Counted from the first letter of the stretch, positions 31,219-42,067 are shown. The stretch: DNA of 64,000 bases from an uncultured delta proteobacterium (GCA_963806225.1 CAWDXG010000001.1:896001-960000); one strand, 5' to 3'. Program-made: numbers and translations. Notes: a model not told the origin generated them from the letters alone.

Positions 31219-34200
31219 TCAAGCTTCGGGCGGCTTGGCGAGCTCGGCGAGGCGGCGCGGCACGTCTGCGTCGGCGGGGCGGCGCCCGCGGACGACGTTC
31301 ACGAGCAGCGCCTTGGACTCGTGGATGGTGACGTTCGGCTCGCCGGACAGCGGGATCAAGTCGTTGACCACATCGCCGCGCACGGGACCCGCCGAGCCCC
31401 AGTGGAAGGGCATGGCGACCTGGTGGACGATTTGTCCGTCGACCATCAGCGGGCGCATACGGCGCGTGACCAGCGCGCGGGCTTCGACGATGCCGCGCGG
31501 TGTTTCCACGGTGACCCAGTCGGTGTTGGCGATGCCGAGCTCGAGCGCGAGCTCGGGCGACAGCTCCACGAACAGCTCGGGCGCGAGCTCGGCCAGGTGG
31601 CTCAGGTAGCGGCTCATCGCGCCGGCCGTGTGGTGCTCGGTGAGGCGGTACGTCGTGAGCACGTAGGGGAAGCGCGGATCGTGCGGTGCGACGAAGGGAT
31701 TGTCGTCGCGCGTGAAGCGGCGCACGGCGGGGTTCGTGCCCTGCTTGTACAGGGCGTTGTCGAGCGGCGACTCGAGTGGCTCGTAGTGCGCCGGCAGCGG
31801 GCCGTCCTTCAGCCCTTCCGGCACGAACAGCCAGCCGAGGCCGTCCTCGTGCAGGATGAACGGCGCGTCGCCCGGCACCGAGTCGAGACCCGTCGCGCCT
31901 CTGGCCGGTACGTAGTCGGGGCGCTTTGCCTTGGGGAAGTCCGGAACGTCCAGGCCGGTCCACTCACCGGCAGCGTTGTCCCACCAGACGAGCTTCTTTT
32001 CCTCGCTCCACGGCGCGCCGTCGGGGCGAGCGCTGGCTCGGTTGTAGAGGATCCGGCGATCGCCGGGCCAGGCGAAGCCCCAGCCGTGGGCGTAGCGGCC
32101 CTCGGCCTTGCGCTCGGCGGCGCGGTTCACGCCGTCCGGGCCGTACACGCCGGAGTAGATCCAGCAGCCGCACGCGGTCGAGCCGTCGGCGCAGAGCTCG
32201 GGGAAGCCGCCGAGCTGCGGCCCGTGGTGCGGTCGGCCGCGGCGATCGACGGCGTGGACCAGGCCCTGTTCGCTGTCGCCCTGCTCGACGCGCCAGCCGT
32301 TGATCTCGGCCAGCACGGCCGCCATCACCGGCTCGCCGTGCTCGTCCTCCGGGTACCACCAGTCGAGCGCGGAGAGCGGCGCATCGCGCGGATCGTCGGA
32401 GGCCTCGGCCTTGGCTTTGAGGCGCAACGCCAGCTGGTGGACGAACCAGGCCTCGCTGCGTGCGTCGCCGGGCGGTTCGACGGCCTTCTCGCGCCACTGC
32501 AAGAGGCGCTGCGTGTTGGTGAAGGCGCCTTCCTTCTCCGCGTGGCCGGCGCACGGGAAGAGGAACACCTCCGTGTCGATCTCTTCGGTGCGGAGCTCGC
32601 CGCGGCGCACCTCGGGCGAGTCGTACCAGAAGCTGGCCGTCTCGATTTCCACCAGGTCGCGCACGACCAGCCACTTCAGGCGCGAGAGCGCCTTGCGCTC
32701 GAGGCGGGCGTGCTGCGCGCCGACGGCGGGGTTCTGCCCCATCACGAACAGGCCCTCGAGCTTTCCGTCCATCATCTCGGTGAAGAACGAGAAGTGCGAG
32801 TGGTCGCGCGTGAGCCGCGGCATGAAGGCAAAGCCGTGGTCGCTGTCTCCATTGGCGGCGGCGCCGTACCAGGCACGGAGCAGGCTCCGCACGTAGGCGT
32901 CGATGTTGTTCCACAGCCCGCCCTTCTTCTTGCACTTGGCGATCCAGCCGGCGAGCGTATCGTGGCCCATACCGGTGCGCGGCATCGGCAGGTAGCCGGG
33001 CAGGATGTCGTAGAGCGTGGGGATGTCGGTCGAGCCCTGGATCGAGGCGTGACCGCGCAGCGCGAGGATGCCGCCGCCGGGGCGCCCCATGTTGCCGAGC
33101 AAGAGCTGCAGGATGGCGGCGGTGCGGATCACCTGCACGCCCTTGGAGTGCTGCGTCCAGCCGACCGCGTAGCAGATGGCGGCGGTCCTGTCCGGGCCGC
33201 TGGCCTTGCATAGCGCCTCGGCGACGCGCTCGAACAGCTCCTGCGGCACGCCGGCGACGCGTTCGACCATCTCCGGCGTGTAGCGGCTGAAGTGGCGGCT
33301 GAGCACATTGAGAACGCAGCGCGGGTGCTGGAGCGAGAGATCGCGTTCGGGGCGGGACAGATCGTCGCCCTGGTAGCGCCAGCTCGACGGGTCGTAGCGC
33401 TTCTCGTCCGGATTCCAGCCGGAAAACAGGCCGTCCAGATCCTCGGTGTCCTGGAACTCGTCCTTCAGGATGACCGAAGCGTTGGTGAAGTGGGCAACGT
33501 AGTCCTTGAAGTAGCGCTCGTTTTCCAGCGCGTAGCGCACCAGGCCGCCGAGGAACGCCAGGTCACCGCCCGCGCGGATCGGCACCCAGATGTCCGCCTG
33601 CGCGCTGGTGCGCGAAAAGCGCGGGTCGACGTGGATGACCGTCGCGCCGCGTTCCTTGGCGGCCATCACCCAGCGGAAAGCGACCGGATGCGCCTCGGCC
33701 ATGCTCGAGCCCTGGATCAGGATGCAGTCGGAGTTCGAGAGGTCCTGCGGCGCGGTGGTCGCTCCGCCGCGACCGAAGCTGGTGCCCAGACCGGGCACCG
33801 TGCTCGAGTGTCATATTCGAGCCTGGTTCGACACGGAGACCATGCCCAGGCCTCCGGTGAACAGCTTCTTGATCAGGTAGTTTTCCTCGTTGTCGAGCGT
33901 GGCGCCGCCCAGGTGCGCGACGGCGCTGGTGTGGTTCACCGGCTCGCCCTCGTGCCCGGTGACGAAGGTGCGGTGGCGCGAGTCCCAGACGCGCTCGGCC
34001 AGCATGTCCATCGCCTGTTCGAGCGGCAGCTCCTGCCACCGGGTCGCGCGCGGCGCGCGGTAGCGCACGTTGGTGATGCGGTTGGGCTGGGTGAGCAGCT
34101 GGTAGCTGGCGGCCCCCTTGGGGCACAGCGTGCCCTGGTTGATGGGGCTCTCCGGATCGCCTTCGATGGAGACGAGCTTGCCGCCCTTGTGTGGATCGAG

Positions 34201-34371
34201 CTGGCCGCAGCCGACGGCGCAGTAGGGACAGACGGAGCGCGCCGTTTCGGTGTCGCTCGTGCGGGCGCGGAGCGCGCGGGTCTTCGCGCTCATCGCCTCT
34301 TCGCCGGTGCCGTCGGCGCGGCGCGCGATCTGTCGGAGGAGCGGCCACTGGGCGAGGAGCTTGAGCACCAT
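31219..34371 (-). CDS. fdhA: Selenocysteine-containing formate dehydrogenase alpha subunit (Mo/W-bisPGD), ~1050 aa
   Basis: ORFs 33811..34371 and 31219..33798 are in the same frame, joined by TGA in NQARI-U-HSSTVPGLGTSFGRGGAT. CPYCAVGCG..LCPKG Fe-S motif, ALRGH, C-terminal TTYRLTEHH. Confidence 0.95.
33781..33813 (-). promoter_or_regulatory. Selenocysteine UGA codon and bacterial SECIS hairpin
   Basis: UGA at 33813-33811; 11 nt later GGUGCCC-GGUCU-GGGCACC, a perfect 7-bp stem with a GU-containing loop. Confidence 0.88.
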
Positions 34372-34565
34372 GGCCGCCCAGACTAGGGCAGGCGCGGCGC
34401 TGCCCGCAACGGGGCGGTTGCGTGGAATCGTCACGCGTGGGAGATGGCAGCACACGGTGGCCCTCGCTCGAGCCGGCCGATTTGCGCCGACAATCTGCTG
34501 CGTGCGACCATGCGCTCCGGACCTGGGCGCCGAAGCGCTCGTCGGCTGGACTGGAGCTCTGGAGC

Positions 34566-36069
34566 ATGGACGCGGCTGCGCGCCGGCTTGGATGGTTTGC
34601 AGTGTTTGCGGCGTTCGTCGCGGTCGCGGTGCTGTCCGTCACGGCGCCGGCGACCGGAGTCCGGCCTCCGCCTACGTGTGGAACCAGGCGCAGGCGGCGT
34701 TCGCGAGCGGGTCCTGGCGCTGGCTCCTGGGCGCCTGCGCCGTGGCGACTGGGGTTTGCGGTCGTGGCCAGCCTGGCCGAGCTGCTTGGTGGCGCCGCGG
34801 TCGGTCTCGACCCCTGCGGAGCTCGGATCCATCGAGGGCGGCAGTCTGCGCGAGGCTCTGATCGAGATCCGGAAGCGCATCCAGGACTCGGCGGGTGGGG
34901 CACGCGTCGACGTGGTCGGCGCGTTCGACCAGTTGTTGCGCGGCGCCGTCTCGCTCTCGGCGAGCGACCTCCACATCTCGCCGACGCCCGGCGGGCTCAA
35001 GCTGACCTACCGCGTGCACGGGACTCTGCACGACGTGGCGACCCTGCCGCTCGAGGTGGGCGCGCCGCTGACCACGCGCATCAAGGTGCTGGCGCGCCTC
35101 GACACGTACGTGCACGGCGCGCCGCAGGATGGACGCCTGGTGGCGGAGGTGGACGGCGGCAGCGTCGAGGCCCGGGTCTCCACGCTGCCTACCGAGATCG
35201 GCGAGCGCATCGTGCTCAGGCTCGTGCGCGGCAGTCGCACCGTGCCGGATCTGGACGCGCTCGGTTTTGGCAGCGAGGTTCACGACGGGCTTCGCGACGT
35301 TCTGGCGCGACCGCAGGGGCTCTTGTTCGTGACCGGGCCGGTCGGTAGCGGCAAGACCACCACGCTCTACTCGTCGCTCAAGCACATTGCCGCCACGCGC
35401 GGCAGCACAACCAGCCTGGTGACGCTGGAGGATCCCATCGAGCTGGAGCTGCCGTTCGCCACCCAGACGCAGATGCATCCGCGCGCGGGGATGACGTTCG
35501 CAAGCGTGTTGCGCAGCGTGCTGCGGCAGGACCCCAACGTGCTGATGGTGGGCGAGATCCGCGATCGCGAGACGGCCGACATCGCGATGCAGGCCGGGCT
35601 CACGGGCCACTTGATCCTGACCACGGTGCATGGCGAAAGCGCAGCGGGGCCTTTCGCACGGCTTATCGACATGGACGTCGAGCCGTTCGTGCTGGCGAGT
35701 GCGACCCTCGGCTGTCTGTCGCAGCGCCTGGTGAGAACGTTGTGCACGGCGTGTCGCCGCGAGGCAAAACCCGAGCCGATCATTGTGGAGCGATTCGCGG
35801 CGCACGGCGTGGTGCTGTCGCCGTCCACGTACTACGAGCCCGTCGGCTGTGACTTCTGCGAAGGGCAGGGATTCACGGGGCGGCTTCCGATCGGGGAGCT
35901 TCTGGTGGTGGGCGCGAAACTCCGCGCGCTGGTCAACGAACGCCACGCCACGCGGGAGTTGTACGACGTTGCGGTTGCCGAGGGCATGACGCCGATCCTG
36001 CGCGACGGGCTTTCAAGGGCGGAGCGCGGCGAGACCTCACTGGCCGAGGTGCTGCGGGTGGTGGGATGA
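34566..36069 (+). CDS. GspE/PilB-family secretion ATPase; N-terminus apparently frameshifted
   Basis: ASDLHI, PQDGR, GPVGSGKTT, TLEDPIE, LRQDPNVLMVGEIRD, TGHLILTTVH, CTAC..CDFC. ATG 34566 with GGAG begins a hydrophobic segment that needs frame switches to join the ATPase. Confidence 0.85.
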
Positions 36070-36512
36070 AAGCGTCGACCCGTGCAGGCGTTGTCAAGCT
36101 TGCGGCCGCAAGCCGCCTCGGCGCGACCGTGCTGGTCGCGCTCGCGGCGGTCCGGGTCGCCGTCGTCGCGACGCTCGGTGCCGTGAGCGCCCACGCGCCC
36201 GGGCTTGCGACGTCGACTGCGCCGCCACCGGTAGCGGCGAGCGCGTCGCCGGTGGACAGCTCGCGTGCCGGGCGAGTCCAGAAGGCAACCGGGACGTCCG
36301 GCAAGTCGGTGCTGGTGAACCTGGTGGTGACCGTCGGGGGGCGCTCCGAGGTCTATGTGGACCAAGGTTTCGTCGGCAAATCGCCCTATATCGGCGATGT
36401 CTCCTGCAAGGTTGGCGGCACGGTGACCATCCAGGTCGTCCCCGCCAAGGGCGCGCCGCGCGTGTTCAAGCGCGCGTGCGTCGAGGGCGGGACGATACAG
36501 ATCGGCGATTGA
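36066..36512 (+). CDS. Membrane-anchored PEGA-like domain protein
   Basis: N-terminal hydrophobic helix; SEVYVDQGFVGKSPY; ATGA overlap with the ATPase. Confidence 0.6.
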   Translation: MKASTRAGVVKLAAASRLGATVLVALAAVRVAVVATLGAVSAHAPGLATSTAPPPVAASASPVDSSRAGRVQKATGTSGKSVLVNLVVTVGGRSEVYVDQGFVGKSPYIGDVSCKVGGTVTIQVVPAKGAPRVFKRACVEGGTIQIGD

Positions 36513-36560
36513 CGGCAAAGCGCGTTGTGCCGCGGCACAGGTTCGATGTAGGTAGGGCTC

Positions 36561-36917
36561 GTGACGGTGAAGGTCTACCAATATCCGAAATGCGGTACGT
36601 GCCGGAAGGCGCTCAAGTGGCTGGACGCTCGGGGCGTCGACTACCAGTCGATCGATATCGTGGAGCGACCTCCGTCGAAGACGGCTATCAAGCAGCTCGT
36701 GAAGCGCTCCGGGCTTCCCGTCCAGAAGTGGTTCAATACGTCGGGCCAGTCGTATCGCCAGGGCGGGTTCAAACAGAAGCTCGAGACGATGTCGGAGGCG
36801 CAGGCCATCGACGCACTGGCCGCCGACGGCAAGCTCATCAAGCGTCCAGTGATTGCGGGCGACGGCTTCGTGCTGGTCGGCTTCAACGAGGCGGCGTACA
36901 AGGCGCGTCTGGGCTAG
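36561..36917 (+). CDS. ArsC/Spx-like (YusI-type) thioredoxin-fold protein
   Basis: YPKCGTCRKALKWL, FNTSGQSYR, LIKRPV. Confidence 0.9.
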   Translation: MTVKVYQYPKCGTCRKALKWLDARGVDYQSIDIVERPPSKTAIKQLVKRSGLPVQKWFNTSGQSYRQGGFKQKLETMSEAQAIDALAADGKLIKRPVIAGDGFVLVGFNEAAYKARLG

Positions 36918-38164
36918 CCGTCTCGCGCCGCCTCGCGATACGTCTCGAGGTGCAGTGCTGCGGAGCGATCCCAGGAAAACGCGCGCGCGCGCTCGGGGCC
37001 GCGTGCGGAGAGCTCCGCGGCGAGCGGGCGGTCCTGCGTGACGCGTTCGAGGGCGCTGCAGAGCTCGGCGGTGTCGAGCGGGACGTGCAACGCGGCCCCG
37101 CCCAGCACCTCGACGAGCGGGGCGATGTTGCTGGCGACGACCGGCGTGCCGCAGGCGAGCGCTTCGAGTGCGGGAAGGCCGAAGCCCTCGTAGCGCGAGA
37201 ACTGCACGAGCGCGCGCGCTCCCGAAAGCACGTGGACCACCGCATCGTCGGCGAGCCGCGCGGGGAAGACGACGCGGTGGGCCACGCCCAGCTCGCGGGC
37301 CCGCACATCGAGCGGCGCCGAGCCGAGCACGCCGACGCGTCGTCCGCGGTAGAGCCGCTGCAGCACGACCAGATGCATGCGCTCGTCGAGAGCCGCCGCC
37401 GCGAAAGCTTCGAGGACTGCGCGTTGGTTCTTGCTGGGCGTATTCTGGCCGACGACGAGCAGATAGGGGCCGTCGATGCCGAGCAGAGTGCGTGCGGCGT
37501 GCTCGGCGCGCGCGCGGTCTGGTGGCGGACGGAAGCGGGCTTCGATGCCGTGCGGGATAACGCGCACGCGGCGCGAGCTGCCCGGAGCCCTGCGCGTGAT
37601 GACGTCGGCTGTGGAGTGTGAGATGGCGACCAGGCGCGTTGCCGTGCGGAGCGCGCGGAGGATTCCGTCGCGGTAGAAGGCCGCCTTGAACGGCGTCGCC
37701 GGCGACAGACCCTCGGACAGGGCGGGCGACTCGAGCCACATCAGGTCGTGGATGGTCACCACCGTCGGGCAGGCGATGCCGCGGCCCAGAATGTTGAACG
37801 GCGCGTGCAGTACGTCGATGCCGGACAGATCGACGAGCCGGGACGGGGTGAGCAGCGTGGACAGTCCGTTCGCCGGGGCGCGGACCGTGCGTTCCCGTAC
37901 GTTGGGCAGCGGCGAGAGCGGCAGCGTAGCCCGCGGATCCACCCAGAGCTGGAAGCGCGCCGCGGGCGCGAGCGCCGGCAGCCGGTCGACCAGCGCCTGC
38001 ACGTACGCACCAATGCCGCTTGGTCGCTCGCGGATGTAGCGGCAATCGATCGACACCGCGAGGCCGCGGCTTTGGCTCATCCGCGGATGCAGCGTGGGAC
38101 CCGGAAGAGGCAACGCTGCCGGCGGGGGCGGAACAGAGACGGGCTTGCGGAAACCGAGCATCAT
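36914..38164 (-). CDS. Glycosyltransferase family 4
   Basis: SGIGAY, VTIHDL, KN, YEGFGLPALEALACG. Alternative start at 38080. Confidence 0.92.
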   Translation of the reverse strand: MMLGFRKPVSVPPPPAALPLPGPTLHPRMSQSRGLAVSIDCRYIRERPSGIGAYVQALVDRLPALAPAARFQLWVDPRATLPLSPLPNVRERTVRAPANGLSTLLTPSRLVDLSGIDVLHAPFNILGRGIACPTVVTIHDLMWLESPALSEGLSPATPFKAAFYRDGILRALRTATRLVAISHSTADVITRRAPGSSRRVRVIPHGIEARFRPPPDRARAEHAARTLLGIDGPYLLVVGQNTPSKNQRAVLEAFAAAALDERMHLVVLQRLYRGRRVGVLGSAPLDVRARELGVAHRVVFPARLADDAVVHVLSGARALVQFSRYEGFGLPALEALACGTPVVASNIAPLVEVLGGAALHVPLDTAELCSALERVTQDRPLAAELSARGPERARAFSWDRSAALHLETYREAARDG

Positions 38165-39177
38165 GCGACCACCGGTAAACGTCGGCTGGGAGGCCCGGGA
38201 GGAACGTGCACCGAGCGCGGCGGCAGCATGCGGTGGAAGTGGCCGCCCCAGGCGTAGTTTTCCTCGACGACGCGAGCACACCAACACTGCGTGCAGCCTT
38301 TCCGGACCAGACCCTCGAACGCTTTGCGGGCGCCCAGCCGCACGACGTTGTGCGACAGGTCGCTGCGGTCCACCTGGCCGCAGTGGAAAAGATTGCCTTC
38401 CGGGTCGAGCGTGGCGTTGATCCAGCCGGCGGCGCAGGGCAGGGTCACGTCCCGCGGAAAGTCGAGGAAGTGGCGGAGGCTGGCCCAGCCGTTCGCGATG
38501 GAGGGGCTGCCGGCGAGCTTGAGCTCCGAGAGCCGCGCGAACACTCGTCGGAGCTCGGCCGCCTCGAGCTGGAAGCCGGAGCCGTCCCGCGCTTTGTCGA
38601 GGAACAGACTATTTCGCGCGGGCTGGAACACGATGCGGAAGTGACGCGCATCGGCGAACTCGACCAGCTCCTCGATGTGCCCGGCGTTGTGCTGTCCCAC
38701 AACGCAGGTGAGCTCGACGTCGACGCCCGCGTGGCGTGCCACGATCGCACCGTTGATGGCTTTCTGCCATGAGCCTTCGCCCCGCATGGCGTCGTGGCAG
38801 TCGGGGGGCCCGTCGAGGCTGAGCTTGACCTTCGAGAGCAGGCGCACCGTCGCGACCTTGCGGGGCACCAGTACGCCGTTGGTGTTCATGTAGATGCGGA
38901 CCCCGCGCTGCGCCAGGAACGCGGCGACCTCGTCGACGTGCCGGTGCGCGAGCGGCTCACCGCCATCGAGCGAGACGTGGCGCATTCCAAGCGCGTAGAG
39001 GCCGCCCAGCGCATCCAGGATCTGCTCGCGCGTCATCTCCTGCGGCCCGGGCGTGTGGCGGTCGCAGTAGCGGCACTCGAGATTGCAGAGGTGCGTGAGC
39101 TCGAATCCGACGGAAATCGGCGCGGGCTTGAGCCCGACGCGCGCAGCGGCGCCCCGCGCGATGCTGGACAGTGCCAT
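38161..39177 (-). CDS. Radical SAM protein with C-terminal SPASM/twitch-like domain
   Basis: CNLECRYC, GGEPL, TNG, SLDG..HDAMRG, CAAG..PEGNLFHC..CTQCWC. Confidence 0.92.
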   Translation of the reverse strand: MALSSIARGAAARVGLKPAPISVGFELTHLCNLECRYCDRHTPGPQEMTREQILDALGGLYALGMRHVSLDGGEPLAHRHVDEVAAFLAQRGVRIYMNTNGVLVPRKVATVRLLSKVKLSLDGPPDCHDAMRGEGSWQKAINGAIVARHAGVDVELTCVVGQHNAGHIEELVEFADARHFRIVFQPARNSLFLDKARDGSGFQLEAAELRRVFARLSELKLAGSPSIANGWASLRHFLDFPRDVTLPCAAGWINATLDPEGNLFHCGQVDRSDLSHNVVRLGARKAFEGLVRKGCTQCWCARVVEENYAWGGHFHRMLPPRSVHVPPGPPSRRLPVVA

Positions 39178-39254
39178 CGAACGCTCCTTGTCAGGCGCGC
39201 GTCGGCGCGCCGGTTGTTTCGTGCGGTGCCCCGGGGTCCGCTAGAGCCGCATTC

Positions 39255-39270
39255 TGCAATGCGCATGCCG
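39255..39270 (-). promoter_or_regulatory. Candidate sigma54 (-24/-12) promoter for radical SAM-GT4
   Basis: Minus strand CGGCATGCGCATTGCA = GG-N10-GC with TTGCA. Confidence 0.55.
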
Positions 39271-39408
39271 CCGCGAATGCCGGCGTTTGCCGGGCTTTGC
39301 GCGCGGGTCCACGCGCGGCTTCGTGGTGGAGCCGCACGCCTGTGCTTCTCCGGCACAGCAGAGCCGTGCCGTTGCGCCGGTGAGGGCGATGCGTGCATGC
39401 TGCTCCCC

Positions 39409-40068
39409 ATGGCTGCACGGACCGCCTGCCTGCTCGCTCTGTGTCTGCTGCCGGCTTGCGCTTCCGGGCGGACGTCGGCGCAGACCGCCGACCAACCGGT
39501 GGGCTTCAGCAAGGCCCCTCCGTCCGGGTCAGGGACGGATGCCGGTCACGGCACCGCGGACGCATCCCCAGGGGAGCCAGTGCCGGTGGCAGCGTCCGGG
39601 GCGGCGAAAGCGCCGCAGTTCCAGCCAGTCAGGCCGCTGGGCTGCGAGCCGATCGCTGGCTCGGTGAAGTTCCGGACCTGGCCTATCGACGCGCGGTGCC
39701 GCTCGCTGGCGAGCAAGCATGTGCCGCGCGACTCCGTCGGCGCGGACCTGCAGGTCGGCATTCTGGTAGCCGGCAGCGCCGAAGGATTCCGCGGCGCGTT
39801 GGGCTGCGAGCCGCCGCCCGCTGTGGACTTCTCGACACAGCGCCTCGTGACCTACTCGTTCGTCCACGACTCGAACCGGGTCTACTCGCTCGCGGGCGTC
39901 GTACGGAAGGGGGGCGAGCTGCACCTCGTGTTCGATATCCGCAAGGTCTGCCAGGGAATACCCCCCGAAGCCCAGCGCACCGTCCGGCTTATTGCCATCC
40001 CACCGGGGACGGAGCCGATTCGAGTGGCTTTCTGCAACCACCGGACGAGCTGTGGACCCGTGCCCTGA
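39409..40068 (+). CDS. Hypothetical lipoprotein
   Basis: Lipobox LLPAC, low-complexity linker, C-terminal domain PAVDFSTQRLV with several Cys. Confidence 0.65.
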   Translation: MAARTACLLALCLLPACASGRTSAQTADQPVGFSKAPPSGSGTDAGHGTADASPGEPVPVAASGAAKAPQFQPVRPLGCEPIAGSVKFRTWPIDARCRSLASKHVPRDSVGADLQVGILVAGSAEGFRGALGCEPPPAVDFSTQRLVTYSFVHDSNRVYSLAGVVRKGGELHLVFDIRKVCQGIPPEAQRTVRLIAIPPGTEPIRVAFCNHRTSCGPVP

Positions 40069-40144
40069 AGCAGGTTCCCGACAGAGCGATTCAAGGCGCC
40101 GATTGGTGGCGCGCCGGGCACAGCCGGGCTAGAGCGGAGAACGG

Positions 40145-42067
40145 ATGTCGGACGAGCATACCGGCGACACATCTCACGGGCTCGAGCCGGGGACTATCTG
40201 GCCCCTCCTGCGTGAAATTCTCGCGAATTCGCCGGATGCGATCGGGATATCGAGCGATTGGCGGCTCCGTGTCGTCAACCCCGCTCTGGTGAAGATGTTC
40301 GGCTTCAGCGACGCGTCGGAGATGATCGGGCTGTCCATCTTCGATCTGCTGGCGCCGCAGGCGCGTGAAACGATTGTCGAGTTCGTCCGCCGTCGCGATG
40401 CTGGCGAGCAGGTCCCGCCCACCTACGTTACCACCGCATGCGCGCGTGACGGTCGGGAGTTCGCGATGGAAGTGCGCAGCGCAGTCTTCAGCCTGTTCGG
40501 CTCGACGTGCTCCATGACCCTCGTGCGTGACGTGAGCGAGGCACAGGCGTCGCGCCGCGCCTTGAAGCAGGGCGAAGACTTCTACCGTGCACTCTTCGAG
40601 GTCAACACGGCAGTGAAACTGCTGCTCTCGCCGACCACGGGTCGGATCGTCGATGCGAACCAGGCGGCCGTGGACTTCTACGGCTGGCCGCTCGACACGC
40701 TCAAGACGATGCGCATCACGGACATCAACATGCTGAACCGTGACGAGACGATCGCCGAGATGCAGAATGCGCGCAGCGGACGGCGCCGCTATTTCCGTTT
40801 CCGTCACCGGACGGCAAGCGGAGATGTCCGTCACGTGGAGGTCCACTCGGGGCCGGTGGTGATCGAGGACGAGAACCTGCTGCTCTCCATTGTCCACGAC
40901 GTGACGGAGCGGAATCTGCTCGAAGAGCAGCTCCGGAGGTCGCAACGGCTGGAGGCGATCGGACAGCTTGCCGGGGGTGTCGCACACGATTTCAACAATC
41001 TGCTCACCGTGATGATGAGCTCGGCGGAGCTCGTGTCACGCCGTCTGCCGGCGGGCTCGCCGCTCCAGCAGCACCTCGACGATCTCGGGCATGCCGCCGG
41101 ACGTGCCGCGGAGCTCACGCGGGAGCTCCTTGCGTTCAGCCGCAGGCAGCGGATGCAGCCGGCGGCAGTCAATCTCAACGACGTCGTGGCGCGCATGCGC
41201 GGTCTGCTGGAGCGCACTCTGGGCTCCACAATCACCGTGAAGAGTGTTCTCGATCCGGATCTCCCGGCGGCGCGCGCCGATCCCAGCCAGCTCGAGCAGG
41301 TCGTGATGAACCTGGCGCTCAACGCGCGGGACGCGATGGAACAGGGCGGCCAGCTTGAGCTTTCCACGCAGCTCGTCGAGGTCAACGGAGCGGATCGCCG
41401 TGGCATTCCTGCAGGGCGTTGGGTGAGCCTGGGCGTGGAGGACGAAGGTCGCGGCATGGACGAGCAGACGCGCCAGCGGGTGTTCGAACCCTTCTTCACG
41501 ACGAAGGAGGCGGGGCGCGGCACCGGTCTCGGCCTTTCGACGGTGTACGGCATCGTCACACAGAGCGGCGGACACATTGCCGTCGAGAGCGAACCCGAGC
41601 GCGGTAGCAGGTTCGAGGTCTTTCTGCCTGTTGCGGACGCCGCAAGCCAGGTGCCGGAAGATGCGCCCCGGCCATCGTCGCGGCGCCGCTACACGGCGGG
41701 GACCGTGCTCCTTGTGGACGACATGCCTCACGTGCGTGCGCCGCTCGTGCGCTGCCTGGAAGAGGCGGGCTTCGAGGTGCTCGAGGCAGGTTCGACTGAA
41801 GAAGCGCTCGCTCTTCCGGCGGCGGCGCTAGAGCAGTTGGATGCCGTCGTATCGGATGTGGTGATGCCCGGGCGGTCCGGGATCGAGCTCTGTCGCGAGC
41901 TTCTGGCGCTCAAGCCCGGGCTCGGCGTGGTCCTCGTGTCCGGCGACCTGCGCCACCACGGTACGTCCCGTCTGCTGCACGGAGTGCGATTTTTGCAGAA
42001 ACCGTTCACGGGACAGCGTCTGCTCGATGAGCTCGATCATGCGCTGGGCGGTGGAACGGAGGCGTAG
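40145..42067 (+). CDS. Hybrid sensor histidine kinase (2 PAS, HisKA, HATPase, REC)
   Basis: AGGVAHDFNNLL, NLALNARDAM, DEGRGM, PFFTTK, GTGLGL, receiver LLVDD..SDVVMP..KP. Confidence 0.95.
   Translation: MSDEHTGDTSHGLEPGTIWPLLREILANSPDAIGISSDWRLRVVNPALVKMFGFSDASEMIGLSIFDLLAPQARETIVEFVRRRDAGEQVPPTYVTTACARDGREFAMEVRSAVFSLFGSTCSMTLVRDVSEAQASRRALKQGEDFYRALFEVNTAVKLLLSPTTGRIVDANQAAVDFYGWPLDTLKTMRITDINMLNRDETIAEMQNARSGRRRYFRFRHRTASGDVRHVEVHSGPVVIEDENLLLSIVHDVTERNLLEEQLRRSQRLEAIGQLAGGVAHDFNNLLTVMMSSAELVSRRLPAGSPLQQHLDDLGHAAGRAAELTRELLAFSRRQRMQPAAVNLNDVVARMRGLLERTLGSTITVKSVLDPDLPAARADPSQLEQVVMNLALNARDAMEQGGQLELSTQLVEVNGADRRGIPAGRWVSLGVEDEGRGMDEQTRQRVFEPFFTTKEAGRGTGLGLSTVYGIVTQSGGHIAVESEPERGSRFEVFLPVADAASQVPEDAPRPSSRRRYTAGTVLLVDDMPHVRAPLVRCLEEAGFEVLEAGSTEEALALPAAALEQLDAVVSDVVMPGRSGIELCRELLALKPGLGVVLVSGDLRHHGTSRLLHGVRFLQKPFTGQRLLDELDHALGGGTEA

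Noticed and set aside
33811..34455. fdhA as a pseudogene or two separate genes
   Set aside because: The TGA is at the catalytic Sec position and is followed by a SECIS hairpin.
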